A stretch of 64,000 bases of DNA from an uncultured delta proteobacterium (GCA_963804165.1 CAWDPO010000006.1:128001-192000); one strand, 5' to 3'. Positions 42,998-53,495 are shown, numbered from the stretch's first letter. Translations and numbers: made by a program. The notes: generated by a model from the sequence alone, not told the origin.

Positions 42998-44107
42998 ATG
43001 GAAACTAAAGTAGAAGCGCCAGTCCAGTGGCTCGACGTGCGCGACGAGCGGTTTGACTGGTTGAATGTCGCAGACTGGGAACCGCGAGACGGTGGCCTTC
43101 AGCCGGTGCGCGTGCCGAAGGTTTGGCGCGATCAATGGCCGGCGCGCACTGCTTGGCGCGGCATGTCGGCGGCCGGAGTGACCGTGCGCTTTTGCACGGA
43201 TTCCAAAAAACTTTTATTTCGAGTCACTTTTATCGATTCAGGGGATTCTCCCGCCACTCCGGCGGTCGCGTGGGAACGTTCTCGTCCCTCCTTCTTTTCG
43301 CTTTATCGCAATGCCAAATACGTGGCGGGCATTCCGGCGCTGACAGTTTTCACTCAACAGGATATCGTGATCCATAACGACGGGGAATTATCCGGCGAAG
43401 CCGAGATTAAGGTGCTGTTTCCGTTTTACTACCGCAACGCCGAATTGATCATGCACAGCATCGGCATCGATGCCGACGCTACGTTTCTGCGCACTGCGCC
43501 GGACAATCGTCCGCGGGTTTTGTTTCACGGCGATTCGATCACCCATGGCCATGGAGTGACCAGTCCGAGAGAAACCTACGTTTCTCAGGTAGCGGACAAA
43601 CTCGGCTGTGTACCGCTCAACTACGGTTTCGGCGGCACCGCCTGGGCAGACAACATCGTGGCGCAAACGATCGCCGCCCGGCAGGACTGGGATGTTCTTA
43701 CGATCATGCTCGGAGCCAATTCCTTACCTGGCGCAGATTCGGCGGGCAAACCGGAAACAGCGGCGCAGTACGCCGCGAAATACGACGCTTATCTCGCAAC
43801 CATCCGTGCCGCCGCTCCCGCCAAGCCAATCCTCTGTATCACACCGATTCTCAATCGCCTGGATCTGACCCGCGGCGGCAATCAGAACAGCGAGATACCA
43901 AACGCGTATCGGGAAGGCATCAGCCGCGTCGTGCGACAACGCCAGGCATCGGATAAAAATCTGTACTTACTCGATGGCTTATCCATGGTCGACGACCCGA
44001 TCTATCTGCTCGTCACCGACACGGTGCACCCCAACGATCTCGGCATGCACCGCATCGCCGAAGGCGTCGCTGACGCGCTCAAGCCGTTGCTCGCCAATCT
44101 AGCCTAG
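42998..44107 (+). CDS. SGNH/GDSL hydrolase
   Basis: FHGDSITHG, NYGFGG, MLGAN and DTVHPND motifs. Confidence 0.88.
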   Translation: METKVEAPVQWLDVRDERFDWLNVADWEPRDGGLQPVRVPKVWRDQWPARTAWRGMSAAGVTVRFCTDSKKLLFRVTFIDSGDSPATPAVAWERSRPSFFSLYRNAKYVAGIPALTVFTQQDIVIHNDGELSGEAEIKVLFPFYYRNAELIMHSIGIDADATFLRTAPDNRPRVLFHGDSITHGHGVTSPRETYVSQVADKLGCVPLNYGFGGTAWADNIVAQTIAARQDWDVLTIMLGANSLPGADSAGKPETAAQYAAKYDAYLATIRAAAPAKPILCITPILNRLDLTRGGNQNSEIPNAYREGISRVVRQRQASDKNLYLLDGLSMVDDPIYLLVTDTVHPNDLGMHRIAEGVADALKPLLANLA

Positions 44108-44176
44108 TAGTCGCCACAGGCTAAACGACCACACTATTTTGAACCTTTTGAACGTCTTTCATCATCGTCTTCGTAC

Positions 44177-44205
44177 TTGACAGAATCCGCCGCGCTTCTT
44201 ATAAG
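44177..44205 (+). promoter_or_regulatory. putative sigma70 promoter
   Basis: TTGACA-17 bp-TATAAG upstream of 44252. Confidence 0.55.
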
Positions 44206-44251
44206 CGGATGAATTCACCGTTCACTTGTGAATCAAAAAGGAGCTTTACCG

Positions 44252-45016
44252 ATGACCGACTACGCAAGCAAACTTATGCCGCGTTTTCGCTATGGGGTGA
44301 TCCAGCCACGCGCCCATGAAGACGTCCAGCGCGCTCGCAGCTATCAGCTTTATCGCCTCCTGCCGCTCGATTTCATGGAAATCTCAACGGGGCTCGGGCT
44401 GGAGAACTACACGGAAGAAGGCGTCGAGAAAGCGATCAAGAATTATTGGACCTGTGTCGATCGGCTGGCCAAAGAAAAAGTGGATCATATTATATTTAGC
44501 GGTGCGCCGATTTCCGCTGTGTTGACCCGTGCGCGGGTACTCGAATTATTGCATCAAACCAAGGAAAAAACCGGCATATCGGCGGACGCGCCGCTGGAAG
44601 CTTTGATCGCCGCAATGAAGCACTTGAAGCTTTCCAAGCTCGCTGTCGGTAGTCGGTGGGCCGATCCGGTCAATAACGCGATTATCCGTTACCTCGAAGC
44701 GGGCGGCATCAAAGTCGTCGGCATCACGAAGCGAAATCAGTGGGCGTCGGACTCTTTCGCCATGACGATGGAACAAGGCTTGGAAATGGCGCTCGATGTC
44801 GGCCGCGAGGCGGCTAAAACTTGGCCCGAGGCCGAAGGTATCTCAGTGCCAGGTGGCGCGGCAATGGCACTGCACGTCATCCCGGCTTTGGAAGAAGAAT
44901 TCGGTAAACCGGCTTTTACAAACATGAGCGCTGAAGTTTGGAACGACCTCGTGCGCCCCGGCATCATTCCGCCGGTGCAAGGTTGGGGTCGTCTGCTCGC
45001 CGGATCTAACCGCTAA
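44252..45016 (+). CDS. maleate isomerase/arylmalonate decarboxylase-like (Asp/Glu racemase superfamily) protein
   Basis: Overall pattern including N...YLEAGGIKV, LEEEFGKP and GWGRLL; AAGGAG RBS. Confidence 0.72.
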   Translation: MTDYASKLMPRFRYGVIQPRAHEDVQRARSYQLYRLLPLDFMEISTGLGLENYTEEGVEKAIKNYWTCVDRLAKEKVDHIIFSGAPISAVLTRARVLELLHQTKEKTGISADAPLEALIAAMKHLKLSKLAVGSRWADPVNNAIIRYLEAGGIKVVGITKRNQWASDSFAMTMEQGLEMALDVGREAAKTWPEAEGISVPGGAAMALHVIPALEEEFGKPAFTNMSAEVWNDLVRPGIIPPVQGWGRLLAGSNR

Positions 45017-45074
45017 CTGCGACAGGCGAAGATCCAGAGAATCACCCGTCGACGCAACCTAATCGGTGTGACTC

Positions 45075-45385
45075 GCGCAAAGGTGCAAAGGGCGCCAAGG
45101 GACAAACGAGTAATTTCGAAGCTCGAAACCTGTCCTGAGCCATGTCGAAGGATCCGAATCTCGAAACAAGCTTAAATGACAAAAAGACGCAATGTTCCAA
45201 ACAAAGTCGATTCGGACTTGAGCTTCGAGTTTTATTTCGAATTTTGAAATTGTTTCGGTTTTCGATATTGGATTTCGAATTTGGGAAGCAAGATTGGCGC
45301 AAGTTAATCCCTACGCCCTGAAGTTGCGGACCGTCGAGAAATTTGCGCAAGCCGCAAAAACTTTGACGGATCGCAATACAGAAAT
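45075..45385. repeat. cluster of intergenic micro-repeats and REP-like units
   Basis: cgcaaaggtgcaaag, cctgtcctgagc..tcgaagga, a (ttcga/tttcg) heptamer tract and aaatttgcgcaagccg (also at about 18378). Confidence 0.55.
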
Positions 45386-45445
45386 AACGCAGAGTCGGCG
45401 CAAGCCAATCCGCCTAAAGGTTGGATCAAAAACCTTGTGCTTGGC

Positions 45446-45799
45446 TCAGTTAGCGGACGGAGCCGAAGACATCTCGACACGCAGGGAAAAAATCCTAGGC
45501 TCCCCCTGGCGAATTGCCCCGACGCCAATGATTTGCCGGGACAGCAACTTGCCGGTGTGATCGCGGACCTCCATCAACACGTTGTATTCCAACGGCACTC
45601 CATCGCCGGGATGCTCGAGGGTGCCTTCCACCAATAGCGGGCATGTGGTCGGCCGCGACCGCGGCGGTTCATAGCCAAACGCAGTAAATTTCAACACATG
45701 GCGGCACATCGGGCACGATGCGGCGCTTTGAAGTATCGTCGCCTTGCAGTGCGGACAGGTGCGCGACTCCCCCGCCACCGGCGCGCGCATGATTTTCAT
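45446..45799 (-). CDS. hypothetical protein with double CxxC zinc ribbon
   Basis: CPHCKATILQSAASCPMCRH; AGGAGG RBS. Confidence 0.75.
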   Translation of the reverse strand: MKIMRAPVAGESRTCPHCKATILQSAASCPMCRHVLKFTAFGYEPPRSRPTTCPLLVEGTLEHPGDGVPLEYNVLMEVRDHTGKLLSRQIIGVGAIRQGEPRIFSLRVEMSSAPSAN

Positions 45800-45816
45800 C
45801 CCGCGGTTCCCTCCTT

Positions 45817-46335
45817 TTAGCTCTTCTCGTCGTGGATCTTGCCGTTGACGAACTTGGAGATTTCGGTCGGGCTCCAGCCGAACTCGACGTGGCCGCGCAT
45901 GCGCGAACCGGCCGCGACGGTCAACGTGTTCGCCTTCAGATCCCCGGTCAGTTGAGCCGATTCCAGAAGGTTTACCTGGCCGTTTGCTGCCACATTCCCC
46001 ACCAGCTCACCGCCGATCGTCACATTCGCCGCGCTGATCTTAGCTTCAAGATGCGCGCCTTTTTCTAAACTTAAATCTCCCTTGATTTGAATATCCCCTT
46101 TGAACTTTCCGGCAATCCGCACATTGGCGTCACCCTCGATTTTGCCTTCGATGGTCACGCCCGCACCGAAGACCGATTCGCCGCGCTCTTTGGTTACGCT
46201 TTCCTTGGGCGCGGTAATCGGCGCGGCTTGAATGGGGACCGCCACTGCTGCTACAGGTGCGGGGGGCGCCACGGGTGACTTTTCAGAGGGTTTTTCGTTG
46301 GTCTCTTCCGGATTCGTCTGATTCCACAATGCCAT
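45817..46335 (-). CDS. bactofilin (polymer-forming cytoskeletal protein)
   Basis: SVFGAGVTIEGKI..G.F.GDI...V.IGGELVGNV...GDL...L.VAAG beta-helix pattern. Confidence 0.88.
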   Translation of the reverse strand: MALWNQTNPEETNEKPSEKSPVAPPAPVAAVAVPIQAAPITAPKESVTKERGESVFGAGVTIEGKIEGDANVRIAGKFKGDIQIKGDLSLEKGAHLEAKISAANVTIGGELVGNVAANGQVNLLESAQLTGDLKANTLTVAAGSRMRGHVEFGWSPTEISKFVNGKIHDEKS

Positions 46336-46752
46336 GATTGCCTCCCTATTAAATTAAAGGACGCTACGACCAAACCGAGTTACAAATATTATAGGTAAAT
46401 TTAGACCGCAGGGATTAGTCGCAAGGTAGGTGCCAGCAATTGACATTAGCACTGCTTCGATGAAAATAACCCGGCGACGATGTAACACTCGCGATCATCT
46501 TAGCGAAGCCAATGATATTCCGATACCTTACGCGTGGTGCGCGAGCCCGGCAGAGCTCGTCTGCTGGCTCCGATCACACGCGGGGCTTGAACCACGGATA
46601 ACGTCTGCAAAGAGTGTCTGGGAACCACTCTAGTCCCGCGCAGGGAATTCCGGTCACGAGGTGAATGCTAAAATGTGCGGTTTGGAGCGCCAGGCCGAAC
46701 CTCACGCTGCGTTCGCTGCCGCCACCCTCTCGGTACCGCGAATGTAAAATCG

Positions 46753-47046
46753 CTAGATTGCGGCGGCGTTATAGTACCCACCGGAGCTTGGTTTCGACTG
46801 CCAGCCCTCGACGGCACGGCGAAAACGCGTATGCGGCGGCGTGCCGCGCCAACGTTGATGATGCTCCTTGCTCTCCCACTCGAGCAGTACCATCACGCGC
46901 TCGGGATCATCCTCGCTGCAGAGTATCAAGCCGCTCTTGCAACCGGCTTGCTTAATTTCCTGGATCGCCTGCGTATACATCTTGACGTATTCTTCGCGTT
47001 TTTCCGGCGGCACAGTTTGGAAGCGCACTTCGTAAGTTGCGGCCAT
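46753..47046 (-). CDS. antibiotic biosynthesis monooxygenase (ABM) family protein
   Basis: PEKREEY...AGC...DDPERV..LEWESKEHH pattern; AGGAGG RBS. Confidence 0.8.
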   Translation of the reverse strand: MAATYEVRFQTVPPEKREEYVKMYTQAIQEIKQAGCKSGLILCSEDDPERVMVLLEWESKEHHQRWRGTPPHTRFRRAVEGWQSKPSSGGYYNAAAI

Positions 47047-47246
47047 TTGCTTCCTCCTATCCGAATCTGTTGCTGGATAACTATCTCACCACGGGAGCGA
47101 CGGGCAGGCCGCCGGCTCTTTCATAGCTCGGCGTGGGGGACCGTCACGAGAACAGGCGCAGCGCTCATGCTCTGTCGGCATCAACTTCGGCTGAAAGTCT
47201 TCTGGGTGCCGATGGCACGATCTGCCATCGGGTCGGTCCGCTGCCT

Positions 47247-47909
47247 TCAGAACCCGATGCCGACGCCGACGGAAAGCCCGCGGCGCCGGTCGAACTCTCT
47301 GTCGTACCTGCGGCGCTCGTCGCGGCGCGCGCGATCGATCTCACTCTCCATCCGTTGCCCCAGCCATTCAGCGTCGGCAAGCTGCTGCTGCGGATCGATG
47401 TCTTTGGCAGAAATCTTCTCCAGGTCTTTTTCGATAGCGCCGCGAATCTCGCGCGACGGATCCCAGTAAGCCTCGAAGGGCCGGGTGCGCTCGATATATT
47501 CGAGCCATTCATGCAGCCCTTTCATGGCGGCTTCGATCTCTTTCACGCCCCTGGTGGTGTCGCCGCTGCGTGCGAGCGTTAAACCGAGATACAGGCGCGC
47601 CATGTGATCATCTTGATCCTTGGCCAGCGCCCGCTCGAGCGACTGGCGAGCGTCATTGAATTTTCCTGTGGCGTACTGCGTGCGTCCTACGTAGGTCCAG
47701 ATGCCTTCGCGAAAATAGACCGACTGGTAGATGAAGTCGGGGTCGCGGTCGGCGGCAGCGAGAAAATACACCAGCGCAGTCTCCGGCTGATTGACCAACA
47801 GCGCCTGCCGTCCAGATTGAAATTGGCCGGCGGTCTGGAAACCGGCGCATCCCGCTAAAAGACTGGCAAACGACAGTATCACGAGCCGACTTGCAACACC
47901 CATATACAT
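47247..47909 (-). CDS. TPR-repeat lipoprotein
   Basis: Lipobox LAGC; TPR-like helices (YVGRTQY...DARQSLERAL, ARLYLG). Confidence 0.78.
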   Translation of the reverse strand: MYMGVASRLVILSFASLLAGCAGFQTAGQFQSGRQALLVNQPETALVYFLAAADRDPDFIYQSVYFREGIWTYVGRTQYATGKFNDARQSLERALAKDQDDHMARLYLGLTLARSGDTTRGVKEIEAAMKGLHEWLEYIERTRPFEAYWDPSREIRGAIEKDLEKISAKDIDPQQQLADAEWLGQRMESEIDRARRDERRRYDREFDRRRGLSVGVGIGF

Positions 47910-48019
47910 ACCTACACGCTAGGTCGCGGCGAGGATGAAGTCAATTGGGAACAAAACCGCTCACAACCGAGACATCCGCTCAAATTTCCTCAAAGCATCT
48001 CCACGCCGGTAAGACTATC

Positions 48020-48967
48020 CTATTTTTGCCCGAGTTCAGCCATGACTTCGTTGACGAAGCGGAGATCCATGTATTCCGTGGGCCGGCGCTTGGGTTTTAC
48101 ATTCAGCGCGATCGCTTGCCACTGCGCCATCAAATCCACACCTTTTTCGGTCGGCACCGGCACCAACGCTTCGCGAATCATTTGGTACGCGTCCTGCGCC
48201 GCGTCGCGGTCGAGCTTGAGGCTCTTCATCGTAATTTGAAGAACGTCCTCAGGATTATCACGAGTGTAGATCACCGACCGGACGATCGCGCGTACCATTC
48301 GTCTTACCATTTGCGGGTTTTCAGTGATCGTCTTACGCGTCGCCGCAAGTCCCGTAAACGCCGTGTCTTTGAAAACATCGGCAAGGCTCACCAGGCGCTT
48401 GAGACCCGACTTCATCGCCAGATAGTCCGCCGGCGGCGCCAGTAGCGCACCGGAAATCAATCCTTGCTTCATGGCGGCGATCTTGGGTTCGTTGCCCGGC
48501 AGACCGATATACTCCACGTCCTTGTCCGGATTGATTTTGTTGAGCTCCAATAGGGCCTTGGTCCCGGCGGCGGTCGAACCGCCGAAGGTGACGCCGAGTT
48601 TTTTGCCTTTGAGATCCGCGATCTTTTGAATATCCGGCGTCACCACCAAAGAAAACGTCGGCCGGCCCACCTGCTGCGCCAGGATCATGATGTCGTTGCC
48701 TTCCCATACCGCCGGCATTTGCGGCCCGATGGAAAAAATAAAGTGGATCTGATTGGCGATCAATGCCTGCACTGCCGTCGCCGCACCGCGCACGAAGATC
48801 AACTCCAGGTCGAGCCCCTCGCGCTTGTAGAACCCTTTCTCCGCCGCCACCATCATCGGCAGGATTTGAATGCTCGGCGAGGGAAACGCGCCGCGCACCG
48901 GTTGGCCGATGGACTGATCGGCGCCGGCCAATAAGCAGATCCATGATATGAAAACGACCCGCCACAT
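48020..48967 (-). CDS. NitT/TauT-family ABC substrate-binding protein
   Basis: GFYKREGL, DLKGKKLGV and INPDKDV motifs. Confidence 0.87.
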   Translation of the reverse strand: MWRVVFISWICLLAGADQSIGQPVRGAFPSPSIQILPMMVAAEKGFYKREGLDLELIFVRGAATAVQALIANQIHFIFSIGPQMPAVWEGNDIMILAQQVGRPTFSLVVTPDIQKIADLKGKKLGVTFGGSTAAGTKALLELNKINPDKDVEYIGLPGNEPKIAAMKQGLISGALLAPPADYLAMKSGLKRLVSLADVFKDTAFTGLAATRKTITENPQMVRRMVRAIVRSVIYTRDNPEDVLQITMKSLKLDRDAAQDAYQMIREALVPVPTEKGVDLMAQWQAIALNVKPKRRPTEYMDLRFVNEVMAELGQK

Positions 48968-49126
48968 AAGCTTCTCCCTTCACGCCCTCTGATATCGCCC
49001 CAATAGAACGGACGACGGCTCGCGTCAAGGAGAATATCACGCCGATCGGCTCGCGATGGACTTCGAATGATTTGACTTGCCCAACCGATCTACGCTAACA
49101 GTCATCGCCAGCGACGGAGGTGGCTT

Positions 49127-50215
49127 CTGAAAATTACTGACGTAAAAGCGACACTGCATCGGGTGCCGATCGAAGTACCGCTGTTGAAGGAAAAGATCAC
49201 CACGTCGATCTTGTTCGCGGTCGTCGAAACGGATCTCGGCGTGACGGGCTACGGCCTGACGCGCGGATCGCAACGCTTCGGCATGAACGAATTTATCAAT
49301 CGCGAGTTGGCGCCTTTCCTCACGGGCAAAAATCCACTTGAGACCGAGCGCGTCTGGAACCAGCTTTATAAGCAATTCAACCCGCGCGCTCAGACCGGCA
49401 TGTGGAGCTCGGCCGTGAGCGCCATCGACATCGCGCTGTGGGATATCAAAGGCAAGCACTACAAAGAACCGGTCTGGCGCCTGCTCGGCGGCGCACAGAA
49501 TCCGGTACAGGCTTACGTTACCTTCGGCCTCAAGCAATATTCCAAGGAGCAATTGGTCGAAGTCGCAAAACAACTCGTCGCCCAGGGCGAGAAGCGGCTC
49601 AAGATGGTCGTCGCCGTCGATCCGGAAAATCCAAAACTCGATGCCGACCGCGTGCAAGCGGTGCGCAAAGCCGTCGGCGACGAAGTTGAATTGATGATCG
49701 ACGCCAATTACCTTTTCTCGTTCAACCGCGCGCTCGAACTGTGCAAGCTGGTCGAGCCCCTGGGTATCACCTGGTTCGAAGAGCCGGTCTATCAGAACGA
49801 CGCTGCTTTGCTCGCCGACTTGCGCCGGCATACAAATATTCCGCTCGCCGCCGGCCAGAACGAAGGCCACCGTTTTCGCCATCGCGAGCTCATCGTCAAC
49901 CACGCCGTCGATATCGCCCAACCCAATGTCTGTTCCGTCGGCGGTTATACGGAAGCCGTAAAAGTCGCGGCGCTGGCGCAAGCGTTTAATCTGCCGATCG
50001 CCAACGGCGGCGGCTGGCCGCATCACAACATGCATCTGCAGGCGGCGATGGCGAACGGTTGGCGCGTCGAGTTTCACTTCGAAATGTGGGGCGTCGGCGA
50101 CAAGATCTACAAAGAACCGGCGGCGCCGGACCACGGCTGGGTGACCTTGCCGGAAACGCCCGGCTTAGGCTTGGAGCCGCGCTTCGATGCGCTTGGAGAG
50201 TACGAGGAAAGATAG
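49127..50215 (+). CDS. mandelate racemase/muconate lactonizing enzyme family protein (probable CTG start)
   Basis: SAIDIALWDIKGK, LMIDAN and WFEEP motifs; GGAGG RBS precedes an in-frame CTG giving (M)KITDVKA. Confidence 0.9.
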   Translation: MKITDVKATLHRVPIEVPLLKEKITTSILFAVVETDLGVTGYGLTRGSQRFGMNEFINRELAPFLTGKNPLETERVWNQLYKQFNPRAQTGMWSSAVSAIDIALWDIKGKHYKEPVWRLLGGAQNPVQAYVTFGLKQYSKEQLVEVAKQLVAQGEKRLKMVVAVDPENPKLDADRVQAVRKAVGDEVELMIDANYLFSFNRALELCKLVEPLGITWFEEPVYQNDAALLADLRRHTNIPLAAGQNEGHRFRHRELIVNHAVDIAQPNVCSVGGYTEAVKVAALAQAFNLPIANGGGWPHHNMHLQAAMANGWRVEFHFEMWGVGDKIYKEPAAPDHGWVTLPETPGLGLEPRFDALGEYEER

Positions 50216-50252
50216 CCAAAGCCACCCAAAGGCTTTTTTGGAGGGGGATCCG

Positions 50253-51221
50253 ATGACCCGTGCGATAAGTTGTTTAGCGAGCGTTCTTGCGGCGATCTTC
50301 TTGAGTCCTTCGTTCCATTCTTTCGCCGCCGACAAGATTACTTTGAGCTCGACCAATCCCACGGCCTTCGACATCGATTATGTCGCCGCGAAAGAAAAGG
50401 GGTTCTTTGCCAAAGAAAATCTCGACGTCGAGCCCACCTACATGACGCCGGATCTGGTCGTCAAGGCGCTGATCGCCGGCACCGTCGACATGGCGCGATC
50501 GGGCACCCACTTTGGCGTGATCGCTGCCGCGCGCGGCGCCGAGATCAAGATCATCGGCGGCTCGAACTACGGTTATCCCTATCAGGTCATCGGCAACCCA
50601 CAGTTCAAAACGCTGACTGATCTCAAAGGTCAGAGAATCGCCGGCGCCTCTCTGGCAAGCATAACCACGACGATATTCAAAGATGTCATGCAACGCCGTG
50701 GCATTCCGCCGTCGGCCTACACGCTGCTTTTCGTCGGCGGCAGTCCGGAAAGGTTTCAAGCAGTGGCGTCCGGCCAGGTCGCCGCCTCCTTGGCCGAAGC
50801 GCCACCTTATAATTTCAAATCTGTGGAAGCCGGCAGAAGAGTTCTGCTCAACTATTCCGACGAGATCAAAAATCTACAGTACACGTCCTTTTTTGTCACG
50901 ACTAAATCGCTGGCGCAGAACCGGCCGCTGTTCACCCGCTACATGCGGGCCATCGGTCAAGGCATGCGCTGGCTCAACGATCCGGCCAATGAGAAGGCGG
51001 CGATCGAGCTCATGATCCAGCGCTTGAAAGTCGATCAAGCGATCGCGGCTCAGACCTACAAGTTCATGATACCGGAGAACAAAGCCTTTCAGCACGAGGG
51101 CATGATCGACGGTCCGGGCATAGCGGAAATGATCCGCCTGCTCGAGTCGGACAAAATGATTCCCAAGCGCGAGCCGTGGGAATCGTTTGTCGATCCGGCG
51201 TTTATGCCGGCATCGAAGTAG
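50253..51221 (+). CDS. NitT/TauT-family ABC substrate-binding protein
   Basis: KGFFAKENL and DLKGQRIA motifs; signal peptide. Confidence 0.85.
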   Translation: MTRAISCLASVLAAIFLSPSFHSFAADKITLSSTNPTAFDIDYVAAKEKGFFAKENLDVEPTYMTPDLVVKALIAGTVDMARSGTHFGVIAAARGAEIKIIGGSNYGYPYQVIGNPQFKTLTDLKGQRIAGASLASITTTIFKDVMQRRGIPPSAYTLLFVGGSPERFQAVASGQVAASLAEAPPYNFKSVEAGRRVLLNYSDEIKNLQYTSFFVTTKSLAQNRPLFTRYMRAIGQGMRWLNDPANEKAAIELMIQRLKVDQAIAAQTYKFMIPENKAFQHEGMIDGPGIAEMIRLLESDKMIPKREPWESFVDPAFMPASK

Positions 51222-51266
51222 TTATCCAACGCGTAGTTATTGTGGGGATGCTCGTTCTCGTACGTG

Positions 51267-51418
51267 AGACTGTGCCGCAATGTCATCCTGAGGCCCTTCG
51301 ACCTTGCTCAGGATAAACTCCGCCGAAGGATCTCGTCTTCGTAAGCCACAGGAAGGCGAGATTCTTCGCTAACGCTCAGAATGACATTCATGTGATTTTC
51401 GCGATTACAACACAGTCC
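51267..51418. repeat. AGACTGTG...CACAGTC palindromic MITE/REP-like element
   Basis: Internal tgtcatcctgag...gaaggatct / agattcttcg...gctcagaatgaca arms; highly similar to 60512..60667. Confidence 0.8.
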
Positions 51419-51517
51419 GCTTGGGGAATCGAGGAATCTTGTAGGGGCGCATGGCATGCGCCCACTCTGGATGCCGGTTTGCACCAGAATGACGCCCATT
51501 GCGCGAAATAACGAGCT

Positions 51518-52501
51518 TTACGGTTTCCAGCCGCTTGCTCTGATCTCTTCACTGGCTTTCTTTACGAAGCTCAAATCGAAGATATCGGCGACTTTGATGT
51601 CGCGCTGCACTTTCGTTGTTCTTTTCATGTCGTCGATCATCGTTTGCAGGGATTTATCATCGCTGTAGCCTTCCCTGAGAAGCAGCGGGGTCTGGATGTC
51701 GTAGATCGTCCTTGCCAGCTCGCGGTCTTTCAATCGCAAAGCGTCCATCATGTATTTGAGCGCCGGTTCCGGTTTGCTGACCAAGAAATTCAAACCTTTC
51801 AGTGCGCCGCGAACAAATTTAAAGACTTTGTCCGGATTCTGTTTAATCTTTTCGCTCGATGTCGCCACTCCGCCTTCGATCAGGTTGGCATATTCACCTG
51901 CCGTCGCGAGCTTGGAAAATCCCTCCTTTTGAGCCTTGATACTCATCGCAGTATTGAACAGCGTCGCTTGGATGGACTTGGTTTGCAGCGCCGGAAAGCG
52001 AACCTCGTCGCCGCCCATCACCACGAGATTAACGTCTTTCGTTGGGTCGATGCCGTTTTTCCGCAAGATCTCGCGCGCGACCACGGCAAGCGACCCTTCG
52101 GGAGACATAATCGCAATGTTCTTTCCGCGCAATTGTGCAATCGACTTGATATCGGGCGTCGCGATCAGGTCCCAGCCGGGCTTGTCCTGGAAAACAGTGA
52201 CAATCTTAACCGGAACGTTTCTCACCGCCGCTGCCAAAGCGCTCCCGGCGTTTGTGAAAAAGTCGACTTCGCCGGCGAGCGTCGTCCGGATCGCGATCTC
52301 GCCGCGGATGCTCAGCAGCTCCACATTAAGCCCTTCCTCTTTGAAATAGCCTTCCTTCTGCGCGATGATCAGGGAATATACGGAAGGATTCATCGAAGGA
52401 TAGGCGACGCGAAGATTTTCGATGGCAAAGGAAGCTTTGCCATTGAAAGCCGCGACGATCGCGCAAACAAAAAGCCAACGAGCTATCTCTCCGAGTTTCA
52501 T
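51518..52501 (-). CDS. NitT/TauT-family ABC substrate-binding protein
   Basis: GYFKEEGL, QLRGKNIA and GIDPTKDV motifs; AAGGAG RBS. Confidence 0.87.
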   Translation of the reverse strand: MKLGEIARWLFVCAIVAAFNGKASFAIENLRVAYPSMNPSVYSLIIAQKEGYFKEEGLNVELLSIRGEIAIRTTLAGEVDFFTNAGSALAAAVRNVPVKIVTVFQDKPGWDLIATPDIKSIAQLRGKNIAIMSPEGSLAVVAREILRKNGIDPTKDVNLVVMGGDEVRFPALQTKSIQATLFNTAMSIKAQKEGFSKLATAGEYANLIEGGVATSSEKIKQNPDKVFKFVRGALKGLNFLVSKPEPALKYMMDALRLKDRELARTIYDIQTPLLLREGYSDDKSLQTMIDDMKRTTKVQRDIKVADIFDLSFVKKASEEIRASGWKP

Positions 52502-52644
52502 AGAAAGCTCCTTTCGCTGACGTTGGTTGCCACGCAGTGCCACCGGACACGCACCAGTCTGCCGCGTTCTATCTCGCGGCAGCTTTTCGGTCAAACGAAA
52601 ATAGAGGATTCAATGATATCTTGGCAATCGTTTCAGCCAAACGA

Positions 52645-52680
52645 TTTGAACGGCTTGAACAACTTGAACGGTTTGAACGC
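52645..52680. repeat. TTGAAC 9-bp tandem micro-repeat (4 units)
   Basis: ttgaacggc ttgaacaac ttgaacggt ttgaacg. Confidence 0.8.
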
Positions 52681-52682
52681 AT

Positions 52683-53388
52683 TTATCCTAGAGTTAGAGC
52701 CACGCGAAACCCGTAATCTGCGTATTTGAAACTCGGCGGCAGTGAGCTGCGCGCGGCGCAGCGGCTGAACTTGATGCGGTGACGCCATGAGCCGCCGCGC
52801 GACGCATGACGCTGTCCGGTAGTCGGACCGAGCGGGTTTCGCTCCGGCGAATAGTGATAGTAGTTGTAATCGTAGAAATCGGCACACCACTCATGCACGT
52901 TCTCGCTCAGATCGAACAATCCGAAATCGTTCGGCTCATTGACGCCGACTTTCGCCGGGCCGCCGGTTTGAGGATCGCAACCTGTGAAGTGTTCCTCTGA
53001 AGGTGGCTCATCGCCCCAGGGATAGAGCGCGCCCTCTTTGCCGCCGCGTGCCGCGCGTTCCCACTCTGCCTCAGTCGGCAAACGGAACAGCCGCGTCGGT
53101 TTTTTCGCTCAGCCACTGACAATATGCCGCCGCCTCGTCCCAGCTCACGCCGACTACCGGCTGGTTTTCGTCGGAGAACATCGGATCACGCCAAAACGGC
53201 GGCGGTGGTATTTGCGTCGCATCGAGAAATCGCTTGTAGTCTCTATTCGTGACGGGAAATCTGGCGATGCCGAAGCTGTCGAGCCACACTCGATGGCGGG
53301 GCCGCTCGTTTTCCTGTTCTTGCTCGCTCCCCATTAAAAATGAACCTTCGGGAATTATGACGATGTCGGGAGCGGGTGGAGCCGTCAT
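52683..53388 (-). CDS. FGE/SUMF1 family protein, frameshifted near 53085-53105
   Basis: IPEGSFLMGS, PVTN and PVVGVSW, then LPTEAEWERAARGG, PNDFGLFD, EWCAD, RGGSW and GFRV. Confidence 0.85.
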
Positions 53389-53495
53389 ATCTGCAAGAAA
53401 CTAAAGCCGCAGTGAACCGTCTGTCAAGCCGGCGATTGCATGGAGTTGAGCTATTACCGTATAAGCGGGTGTTCGGAAAATTGATGGAGGCAGGC

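Noticed and set aside
46400-46750. Possible ncRNA or riboswitch in a long intergenic region (also 16770-17050 and 18090-18440)
   Set aside because: No recognisable conserved motif or convincing structure by eye; an Rfam/Infernal scan would be needed.
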